DNA of 64,000 nt from Balanoglossus misakiensis. Its lineage: Eukaryota > Animalia > Hemichordata. Numbering within the stretch: the stretch's first letter is position 1; each line of letters begins with the position of its first letter. Below, piece after piece: positions 38,781-49,800 of this stretch. The translations under genes and the position numbers were made by a program. Under the pieces are notes generated by a model. That model saw only the letters and a program-made list of their open reading frames with translations. It searched no databases and was not told the origin of the DNA. The DNA is taken from assembly GCA_040954595.2 (NCBI GenBank), contig CM082580.2:4516783-4580782 (forward strand), written 5' to 3'.

Positions 38781-40199
38781 GGCTTCCCTTCGCCCTAAAA
38801 TATGGAGATATGAGCGTCCTTCGCTTTCCTTCGGCCTAAATTACGGAGCTACATCCGTCCTTCGGCGTTTAATTCGAAGCTAAACCAATCCCTTGGCCTC
38901 CAGCATACAGAAAACCGTGTCCTTCGCACTAAAATATGGAAAAATCAGTGTCCTTCGGTTTCCTTCGGCCAAAATTACGGAGCTACACCCGTCCTTAAGC
39001 TTTAATTACCGAACTAAACCAGTCCTTCGGCCCCCAGCATAGAGAAAACCACGTCCTTCGCACTAAAATACGGATAAATCAGCGTCCTTCGCTTTCCTTC
39101 GGCCAAAATTACGGAGCTACACCCGTCCTTCGGCGTTTAATTCGAAGCTAAACCAGTCCTTCGGCCTCTAGCATACAGAAAACCGTGTCCTTCGCACTAA
39201 AATATGGAAAAATCAGTGTCCTTCGGTTTCCTTCGGCCAAAATTACGGAGCTACACCCGTCCTTAAGCTTTAATTACCGAACTAAACCAGTCCTTCGGCC
39301 CCCAGCATAGAGAAAACCACGTCCTTCGCACTAAAATACGGATAAATCAGCGTCCTTCGCTTTCCTTCGGCCAAAATTACGGAGCTACACCCGTCCTTCG
39401 GCGTTTAATTCGAAGCTAAACCAGTCCTTCGGCCTCTAGCATACAGAAAACCGTGTCCTTCGCACTAAAATATGGAAAAATCAGTGTCCTTCGGTTTCCT
39501 TCGGCCAAAATTACGGAGCTACACCCGTCCTTAAGCTTTAATTACCGAACTAAACCAGTCCTTCGGCCCCCAGCATAGAGAAAACCACGTCCTTCGCACT
39601 AAAATACGGATAAATCAGCGTCCTTCGCTTTCCTTCGGCCAAAATTACGGAGCTACACCCGTCCTTCGGCGTTTAATTCGAAGCTAAACCAGTCCTTCGG
39701 CCTCTAGCATACAGAAAACCGTGTCCTTCGCACTAAAATATGGAAAAATCAGTGTCCTTCGGTTTCCTTCGGCCAAAATTACGGAGCTACACCCGTCCTT
39801 AAGCTTTAATTACCGAACTAAACCAGTCCTTCGGCCCCCAGCATAGAGAAAACCACGTCCTTCGCACTAAAATACGGATAAATCAGCGTCCTTCGCTTTC
39901 CTTCGGCCAAAATTACGGAGCTACACCCGTCCTTCGGCGTTTAATTCGAAGCTAAACCAGTCCTTCGGCCTCTAGCATACAGAAAACCGTGTCCTTCGCA
40001 CTAAAATATGGAAAAATCAGTGTCCTTCGGTTTCCTTCGGTTTCCTTCGTTTTAGGTTATGCTTATGGAAACACTTTACCATACTTCTTTTCTTTGAAGA
40101 CTTATAATATCGTTATTTTTTGCTTCTGCTGTTGTTGTTGTCGTTGTTGTTTCTTATTTAGGAAACCATAAGACTTTTGGAGGAATACAATTTTGGATA

Positions 40200-43100
40200 A
40201 TGTCACAACTGAACGTGAAGAAGGCGCGTGCACTCCCCGATGCGCACAGCGCAACTATCAGTAATTTTCAATTGAGCGAATATAGCACTGGTGATCTGGT
40301 AACCTTGAGCGATGCGTCTGAGTCCGTGCAGAATTTGTTCGGTTGGAAAGGCGGCTACTGGAACTGCGATCCCATGAGAAAATCCGGCAAGAGATGGCAG
40401 CTGACGAAGATGATGGCGCTGACGATGATCCCGATCATCACCTTGGCTGCCCTGGCGAGCAACAACTTGAAAGTCGTCATGAAGGCCAACGAGGCATCGT
40501 TCAAAATCCGCCAGGCTATTTCGTTCGGTAGAGAGCTCGGAAAGTTCCTCCACCATCTTCAGAACGAGCGGGACATGACGACGCTGTACCTGAGCAGCAT
40601 CAGCCCGCTGAGCCGGCAGTTCCTGACGGACACGTACCCCGACACCGATTCGGCGCTCTCCGAAATTACTGGCTGGCCTGTCGATTCCAGCAACCTGGTC
40701 CTGAACTTGGACTCCAAGGAGTCCTTTCAGAGGTACCTCGACACGCACCGGCGCGACTTGTACATCTCGTCGTCCACCATGTTCGATGAGATTGAATTCT
40801 ACTCCAACTCCATCAAGTTTTTTATCGACTGGCTGTACGAGACCATCGGACAATTTCGTGGCTCTGGACAGACATGGACGACCCTCGTCGGTTACCAACT
40901 TCTCATCGTGAGCAAGGAGGACGTCGGAGTTGAACGCACTCTGGGCTCGGTCTACTATTCGCAGGGGAAGTTTACAGACTACAGCCATTTTGTAGACTAC
41001 CTCGAGAAGGCTTACAGAGCGAAGGGCAACTTTGAGGCTTCCTGGCAATACGCTCCCGAAATCAAAGAATTCCACGACGAGTTAATGGGCGAGCTGCCAG
41101 GCGACGTTGTAAGGTCTATTTCTGATATGCGAGAGACTATCCGACAGAACGTCAACGTTGACGCCTCGTGGTCCACGGCAAACTACTGGTATGCAAATAT
41201 GACAAGCTACATGGAAATCCTGCTCCTCATACAAGACAGGCTCTCTGATAAAATCTTGCAAAATATGGCCGATGAAATAGCTAGGGACTTCCAGAATCTG
41301 GGCTTGGTGGTGTTTGTTCTGGTCTTGACGTTGGTCGTCGGTCCCGTCGTTCTGTTTCTGGTGAAGAAATCTACGTCCAGCATGCAAACATTCGCTGCTA
41401 GTCTGATGGGTCAGAGTAGAGCTCTACGACGCGAACGCAAACGCGCAGTGTCCCTACTCTACCGTCTCTTGCCAAGAGCAGCGGCGACGCAATTGAAGAA
41501 AAACCAACAAGTGGCCCCGGAAAGTTTCAAAACATCCACCATTTTCTTTTCCGATATCGTCGGGTTTACATCCATTTGTTCCCAGAGCAGCCCACTGCAG
41601 GTGATACGCATGCTCAATATGATGTACTCCTGTTTTGACGATCGCATCGAGAAATATGACGTGTACAAGGTGGAAACCATCGGAGACGCTTACATGGTAG
41701 TCTCAGGTACGTATGCTGACGTAAACACTTGTGTCTTTTCTCTCAACTTGTGAGTTCCGCAAAAAAGATTGTGGGGAAAAATTTGAAAGATTTCGTCATT
41801 TTTCTTCTCTCTACAATTCCCGATGATTTTGAGAATGAACACAATTGGTCCTGTAATGTACACGACAATACAAAATGCAATATTGGCTTCTTTAAAGGTA
41901 TACAGTCACCTATGCAGATTTAGCAACAGTTACCATGGTAAATTGAGATCTGACCAATCACAGATTTTCAGTGGGTGGCACACGCGAAAAAAGAGCGCCA
42001 CCATACGTTCTTTAGAACACTCAAATACGCCATTTCAGCTTTATATGGCGATATGTAAATTGGAGGTGACCGTATACCTTTAATGCCGATCAATCTACAG
42101 CTCTGTTTATAAGCTAACTATAGAATGTTTTTATTCTCTTTTCCACACGTACAGGTGTTCCTAAGCGGAATGGCAATAACCACGCTGGTTTTGTCGCAAC
42201 TCTGTCACTTGACCTTGTATTCCACGTTTCAAGCTTGATAATATCCCATCTACCAGGAGTCGTCCTGAGACTGCGCATCGGTATCCATAGCGGTATGCCT
42301 TTTAAAGATATTTACCTCACAGCACATATCTAGCACATGTGAACCATTATGAATGACCGACACCCTGGTCTTTCTTTACAGTTACATATATTAAACTTTA
42401 AAGGGACCGAGAAACGTATTGTTATTTAAATGCAACCGGACCAACTTGTGGTTTAAAGCTACCTACATATATGACCTGTTTCCGACTATCCATCCATCCA
42501 CCCATCCGTACCTTCGCTCCATCCGTCCGTATTACCATATTATAATCTGTATTTCACTGTATATTTTTTTAATCTAAATTCTGCTATAGAAGTAGAGGTT
42601 TTCTGACCTCGCTTCATGTATTACAGATTAGATTTCTAAATGAAAGGTTACAAGGTGTGTGGAAATCACAAGAGAAAGGCGTTGGTACTTGTTGAAGAGA
42701 AGTTGATGAATATTTGAACGTATACCTATATGAAAAGTGTTACGTACAATGGAATACTGTTTGCATTTCAGGTCCTGTTGTCGCTGGTATTGTTGGAACA
42801 AAGATGCCCCGTTACTGTTTATTTGGCGACACCGTCAATATTGCTGAACGAATGGAGAAATTTGGAGAACGTAAGTCCACCGTCAAACGTGGATGATTTG
42901 TCGATGCTCAAAATATCAGTACAGCCGAAAACGAAAAACCTATCTTCTTCAGCTGTTTTAAGAGCAACGTCGAATTTCCAGTTGGCGTACTTCCGAACCT
43001 AACCTGTTATAGAAACGCATGGAAACTCATTAAAGTTACATCTCTACACTTAGTTTAACTAAAACGATAATACTAAATGTATTAAAGGTGATTTCACACA

Positions 43101-44091
43101 AAAAAATCTAACGAAACTTTTCCTTCAAGATTATAGAAAACAAAGGGTGGGCTACCTAATAATACTTTTGAAACACGATTTCGAGACCCAGATCACCTAC
43201 TTCTGGCAGTTCAAATGCGGGCCTATGACAAAATACTCAAAGAGAAAAACAAATCATTGGATCAATCGGTATGACAGTTTATCAGTACGCATTGAAACTT
43301 CAGGAGATAGGGCCTCCAAGACAAGAATAAGTGCTAGAAACGAACGTAGAACATCATAACTCACGTGCAAGTGATCTTGTCTCCTTTCAGCAAACCGTAT
43401 ACATGTCAGTCAGGAAACCTATGATATCCTGATGCAGCTGGGTGGATACTACCTTAGTGAACGTGGCATGACAGAATTAAAGGTAAATTGGACATTCATT
43501 GCATTTTGTCATTTGAGCTTAGCACGTGTTAACATTACTTTATGATCCTCGCTTTTCAGGTGACTGTGCCGTTCTCTCAGATATCATTGATTTAAAGTAG
43601 ATTCTTTGACGCGTGTATGTATATCATGTTGTATTGACCCTGTGCAACGCGGTCCGGGCGGACGGAGGCCAATCTATTGGCAACCGATTGTACAGTGGTT
43701 CATCATATATTTGTACTTTCTGTTCCTAATGAACATAACAGAAAAAAGTCGGTCATCTGAGAGCTTTAAAGAATTGATATTGCATTTTGTTTTGTTTTGT
43801 TTTGTGTGTGTGTTTTTTATTTTGTGTGTTTTTTGCGTTGCGCTAAGCTGTTCTTTACGCCGAATCATGTTCTACACCATACATTTTCATTGTCGCAAGA
43901 TGTTTACAAATATTTGCCTCCCCGGTTAATCATGGTTAATGATTTCAATTTCTGACGTATTTCAGGGCAAAGGGTTTCGATTCACGTACTGGTTAAATGG
44001 AAAGGATAACTTTGATCCCGAGGCCACCTCTGTCGTAAGCGGCGCAACAACGTCATTGAATGTACCTACCATAAGATCGAAAAACTCGTGA
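40200..44091 (+). CDS. NIT-domain receptor guanylyl cyclase (NIT-GC), paralog A, ~653 aa
   Basis: Exons 40200-41706, 42155-42292, 42772-42870, 43391-43482 and 43966-44091. Order of parts: TM1 ([17 protein letters not shown]), NIT-like [12 protein letters not shown] and [13 protein letters not shown]2, signalling helix LLYRLLP, then cyclase [30 protein letters not shown] and [12 protein letters not shown] with the GTP-specifying E and C. Confidence 0.92.
41896..42079 (+). mobile_element. TTAA-flanked MITE (Kolobok-like AGG termini), copy 1
   Basis: TTAA|AGGTATACAGTCACC ... GGTGACCGTATACCT|TTAA; two further copies in the window. Confidence 0.85.
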
Positions 44092-45539
44092 ATAATAACC
44101 CGGAAATCAGCGCTTCTGATACTTTCGCAGGAACACTTTGAAACGGTTTTTAAAATTTATCTTACAACTGAGTTTTCAACCCATAATGATAATATGTACT
44201 TTTGACCATTTAATCGTCTCATCATGTATACGTGTGTCACGAAATTGATACCTTATCAATAATTATACACTGGTAGCTAAGAAATTACTTTTACCGAAAG
44301 CTTGGTGTAAGCAAATAATTTGACTTCGCTTGGTTTGGGCAGCAAGTTGGTAACTCGGAGTTAGTTTTATCTTTATTCTTTATCTTTATATTTCCTGTAA
44401 GTTGTGTGGCATGGTGGCGGCCTTTTACATGAACAAATAAATTTATTATTATATTATTATTAGTTTGACCAGGTATCAGCGAGTGAATTGCGGTTTACAT
44501 GAATTTATGGCTCATTATATATTTTGTTGGGTCAGAGAAGTAACTACACAGTGAATGTATATTTAGACATCTTGCTATTACTATTACTACAGCTATACTA
44601 TAGTACTACCATCATTTTTGTTTTAATTTTGCGGCCGGTTATTTTTTACAGCAAGCCGTGTAACGAATCGCTGTTAGTATTTTTAGCTTTGTTTCATTGT
44701 AGTACTTTACTATACTATATATTCGCTGTACACCAAACACTGAATTATACAGTTCCCAGTTAGCGTTTAATGTACTGCTGGTTACAAATACCACCACTTT
44801 GCGTATTTATTTCCTTCATGCTTCACAAAATTCATCGAAATAGAAACATCAATTCCAGACCTGCGTTTCTCTGAAGAATGTCATAAATCAATCGTTTCAC
44901 ACACAAGACAATATACAAATACAAGCTTGTAAATCCCTCCTTTATTTTCTTGTTTGACATGTTACCATCAGATCATTGTAATCAGCATTCAAGTAGAAAC
45001 CCATTAAAGTCACAACACGTGAGTAGTTAAAGCTCCAATTGCTGCTAGTTTTAGCATATGTCAACGGATAACATATTTCAATCTTCTCGTTGTCCTAATA
45101 GTGCTATAAGTCGAAAGATAACAACATTTGGGATTTGTGGAGATTATAATACCCATGTGTGCAAACTGCGGTAGTTGTGCACTCTAGCAATGGGCCGGTG
45201 AATAAACGAGTGCGACAACCGTTTATTATATAACTTGTTCATATATAAATTTACAACCACAATCCGGCCGTGACAATGTGTTTGCGCATGCGCATCAGTA
45301 GGCTCATTTAAATGGACCATTCTGAGTTTGAAAGTAAACTCAGGAAAGTATTGCAAAACATGGCAACTATTGGAGCTCTTGAAGTTGTGTTCTCACATTC
45401 ACTGCAATAAAACACGAAAAACTACAAGGATATGTTCCGCTGTGCCACATAAATCATGAAGGTACAAATTGCAACTCGTTGTGTTAGTAAATTCGTAACT
45501 TTCAGTAATTATGAAAGCAGATTTTACATTAGCCATGGT

Positions 45540-45714
45540 TTAAAGTTATACGGTCACCTCTAATTTACATAATTGTGCCTACATTGTCAAAGGGGCTTGT
45601 CTATAAGTGCACTTGTTTTCGCGTGTGCCACCCACTGAAAATCTGTGATTGGCTAAATTTAAATTTTCCATGGTAACAGTGCTGAAATTTGCATAAGTGA
45701 CCGTATATCTTCAA
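45540..45714 (-). mobile_element. Same TTAA MITE family, copy 2 (inverted)
   Basis: Reverse-complement match to 41896-42079 (CGCGTGTGCCACCCACTGAAAATCTGTGATTGG). Confidence 0.8.
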
Positions 45715-46479
45715 TCCACTTGACACAGGTAAAAATAAAATGTGAGACACAGAATACAATTGTCAAGAACGAAAGGCAGGAGTTACTTCAAGTTGACAAC
45801 GTGTCAGCCCTCTCAGCTATCCAATATTTATGCCCCACTTTATTTGAATATTGTTTAGAAACGTCGCTGCTAATATCATGATTAAAAAAACTGCAGCTTT
45901 AAAAACTTTACATAGAGGTATTCGTGGTTACAACATGACGTTCAGCCTTGAAGACATCAATCTTGGCTATAATGATATTGTCAGTGAAATTGGACAAATT
46001 GCTATCTACGGCTTCTAAAATACATTTTGTATCTCTCTGGCAATTAGTAAGCTCCCATGGCAGTTAAAAGAACGTTAGAATACACTCAACATTTTACAAT
46101 ATAAAAATATAAAGACGAAATTGTTAAGAGTACACTAAGAAGCATTTTACTACTATACTAAAATATTGATTGTCAAAACTGAGGATATTGGAAACGGTGT
46201 TCTGCATATCAAATGGTGATTTTGTTCTCTTTCCCGCATCGTGCTAAAAGTCCAGCATTCTGCATTTCAACGTAACCTGTATATATATAATGGCCACTTT
46301 CATTCTAGCTGGAACTTCATTCACATTTAATTAATTATAACAACGCTGGCAGAACGCATATGGGCTGTGTTGAAAAGCTTAACTCTATAGACATTTTAAT
46401 GATATGTTCAATGGGGTTGTACAAGACACTGCAGTTGTATACAGCTCAAAATACCGAGAAAATAGACATAAGTTTTGGC

Positions 46480-46783
46480 TAAGGCAAGAAAAAATAATAT
46501 GTGCTGTTCCGATAACATGGTTTTTCAAAATAGGGTAGGTCTAGGTAGGTAGGTTTCTCTGGACGCCATAGTGTAGAAGAATGACGTCATAGTTCTTGCG
46601 TGATGCGCGTGATTTCGTCATAGTTCTCCAGTGATTTGCGCAATTTTCATAAATTTTGTATGTTTGACATCCTTATTTTTACTTCCGGATTTACGAAGCT
46701 CTAAAAGGTTAGGGTCGGGAGGGTAAAATTAGGGTAGGTCGGGTAATCGGAACAGCACATATTTTTTTTTTAATTTTGGCTAA
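46480..46783. mobile_element. MITE-like element just downstream of the SLC23 stop codon
   Basis: Inverted ends AATATGTGCTGTTCCGAT / ATCGGAACAGCACATATT with internal AGGGTAGGTC repeats. Confidence 0.65.
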
Positions 46784-46834
46784 TGGTTCGGGGTGCATGT
46801 AACCCTTCTCTTCGCTGATCTCACATTTTCAAAA

Positions 46835-49800
46835 TCACACTGTAGTGTTCATTTCCTGCATGCTTACTTGGACTGTTTTGTCTGTCGAGTGAGAGTCATG
46901 ACCTGCGTTTAGGACGCCATCGGCATCTCCCTCGTCACATGTTCTACTCTTCTTCCTACACGAGCAACTGAAGTTGTTGAATGTTGGGCAGAATGGAATG
47001 TACATGGTGACGGAGTTCCACTTGTGGATCCAGCCGTTCCAGAACGGAAACTCGTAGCACTTCATCACTTCATACCTCACTTCCTGTGCGCGCTCTTCGT
47101 CGCCGGTCTTGGTCTCGCCGAATAATCGCCTCCACTGGGCCAAGCCCCTCTCCTCTTGAGTGCCTGAGATTGAAAAGGCAGGTGTGCATTTTGTATATCT
47201 CTTCAATTTTCACTGCTGGCATGGCAGTCGCTGTGTTGACACCGCGAAACATGAACACCAGTGCAAATGTAAAACTATATCTGCATGCCATCGACAGTTA
47301 TATCTTTTCTTATCGTGAATTTTGGCGCATGCGTGCGTTCGGTCTGCTCATAGTCCCACACACTCACTTGATAATCGTCGATATTGTGATACTTACCAGG
47401 AATTGTATTGTCAAGGACGAATCCTATGAGACCCCCAACAAACATACTGGTGCTGAGTAACACAGTAATTATCTGATCCAGCTCTTGACTACCTATAGCA
47501 AACAAAAAAAACACAAACATACTTTGGCGAATGAAAACATTCTCGCGAGCCACAGTCAATCCCCATCTATCTGCGCTAAAAAGAGGTCATAGTTGACGAC
47601 GATGAATGACAATCGATCTTGAGCGATTGAAACCCATCGGTATGACCAGGTATTTCTCTCCTGTCTCTGTTCAGAAAGCTGCCTATCCAACGGTTTATCT
47701 TAGACAGCTCGTCGAAATATTTCCTGTCGAGCGTGCTACGGTTAGTGTTTACTATCACCGCCTTAAATTTGACCTCAGTCCTGTGTTCCTGAATACTTAC
47801 CTGTTGAAATCATGCCCGGATTTGCAGAAAACCAGTTTGGTATAACCAATCCCATGAAGAAAGAGAAGCCCATAATAAATAGATTCCTCGATGAGTTGAG
47901 ATCGACAAATTGTAAGTTAGAAATACCAACTGCGGTTATCATGCCTGAAAATAAGAGCACGTGATAAGGTAAATCATCCCACAATGCAATACGGTTTTCA
48001 AGATGGCGGTTAATATAGCTTTGCCCTATAAATTCACGTTCATACCATGTTGCAATTGCTATTGATGAAAACCACACGCTAACTGTTTATCAACTTGATG
48101 ATAAACAGTTTCATAACTGCAAAGATTGGGTTCCATTAAATTTTTAAATCAATTTTATGCACAGCATGTTCAACAATTCTATGAGTGCTTCTAAAAAGTT
48201 GCCTGGCGGCTGTGAACTATGTTCGATGTATCGAACGGGAACTTACCAAACATAACGCAGAAAACGCCCCCAATAATAGGTTCCGGTATAGTGACGAACA
48301 AGGCGCCAAATTTACCGCACATACCAAAGATCATCATAAAGATAGCACCGATGAGAATTACCATTCGACTTCCTACCTACATGATAGAGATGAAAATACT
48401 TTCAATGGTGCGCCCGTTCTTGCCGAGGAGAATTAATGCGGTATCAGAATTCATTCACGACAGAAAACAACTTAAGTGGATGGCCTTCGTGTGGGCTGCA
48501 GAAATTAAACACTGAATCACCTCGTTTCGAGTTTATCGAAAGCATTCTCAGTTCAAATATTCACATTTGTCATGATATTATCGCTACGTTGCTACAGTAT
48601 GTAGTCATTTGCACAGACTTGCCCCTTACCTTCGTTATTCCGATTGCGCCAATATTTTCACTGTATGACGTTGTGCCATTGCCAGATCCCCAGAGTCCCG
48701 CCAAAAGACACCCGATGCCTTCCATGCCAATGCCGCGGTTGACTGCGTGAGTGGGCGGTGGTGGCGCACCAGCCAATCTAGCGCATGCGTAATAATCACC
48801 GACGGATTCCACCATTGAGGCCAGAACCCCCGCCAGTATTCCGAACACACCGGCAGCACTTACAGTTGGTGTGCCCCACTGAACTGTGAAATAACAGAAA
48901 GTGTGACACACATATTAAACGTCGATTTCAGTGTGTCTTTAAAACAATTTAAAACGGGGACATATCTGCACAGAAACAGACACTGTTGGGCAGTTATGTT
49001 CTTTTTCGTGAAGACGTCTTACGTCATCATGATGAATCAATTGTCAAATTACAAAGCCCCCCCCCCCTATCAAGAAAATTAAGGTCCCATCTTCTATACC
49101 CGAGGTGTTGAGTTATTGGAAGTTTCATAATGATTGTACAGTGTACCCCCAGTGTAATGTGTAGTTTGGCTGCTTACTAGGATACGGGAACCTAAACCAT
49201 TTGGAATCATGTAGAATATTCTCTCTTGTGTCAGTTCTGGCGAGGTAGCCGTAGCTGTTGACGTCGTCCGAGAGAGCATCAGTTATGGTAAGAATATAAC
49301 ACAGCAGCCACGATAGCAAAATAGCTAGAATTACCTGTAATTAGATAGAAAAACGAACAACGCACAATTATATTATATCATGCTACCACCCGCCATTATG
49401 ATTGGTTTAGAGCTCACTCCAGTGATGCTAAGCTACTCGATATAGCACTGGTAACATTTTCGATGCTTATTCGTTAAGAAAGTGGCAATGATACGCACCA
49501 AATCAAATTTTAGACTTGATATAATACCAATATTCACCCCTTACATCCCGTTTGCATATATGTGTCAAAGTCAGCATATGAAACTTGTGAATAGCAGAAA
49601 TTGAGTTACCGGAAACAACTTGAATATCGGATACCAAACTGGTGTACAGCCTTTTCCTTTGCGCCATCCAAAGCAGGGAATTCTGATATTCTTCATGTAC
49701 TGAGAAAAGGCGATGATGAATACCATTGTTCTGTGGAACAACGAAGTGATTCAAGTTAGATCAGTCGGCAGAAAATGGGTGTTATTTTAGTTGTGTTTTC

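Larger units (their letters stand above)
36471..40063. mobile_element. Foldback-type (FB/MULE-like) non-autonomous element with tandem-repeat arms and 9-bp TSD
   Basis: Left arm ~36479-37565 (CGAAGGA core) and right arm ~38782-40055 (TCCTTCG core) are inverted. The ends are CTAAAACGAAGGAAACC / GGTTTCCTTCGTTTTAG. TATGGAAAC at 36462-36470 and 40064-40072 lies 8 nt outside the IR on each side. Confidence 0.85.

Noticed and set aside
36479-40055. CRISPR-like look of the CGAAGGA core with variable linkers
   Set aside because: The linkers recur periodically instead of being unique spacers, the core is only ~7 bp, the arms are inverted, there are no cas genes and the DNA is eukaryotic.
40203-41075. 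290-aa antisense ORF (and the 144-aa off-frame ORF at 63401-63835)
   Set aside because: These are shadows of the GC3-rich NIT-GC exons and have no recognisable motifs.
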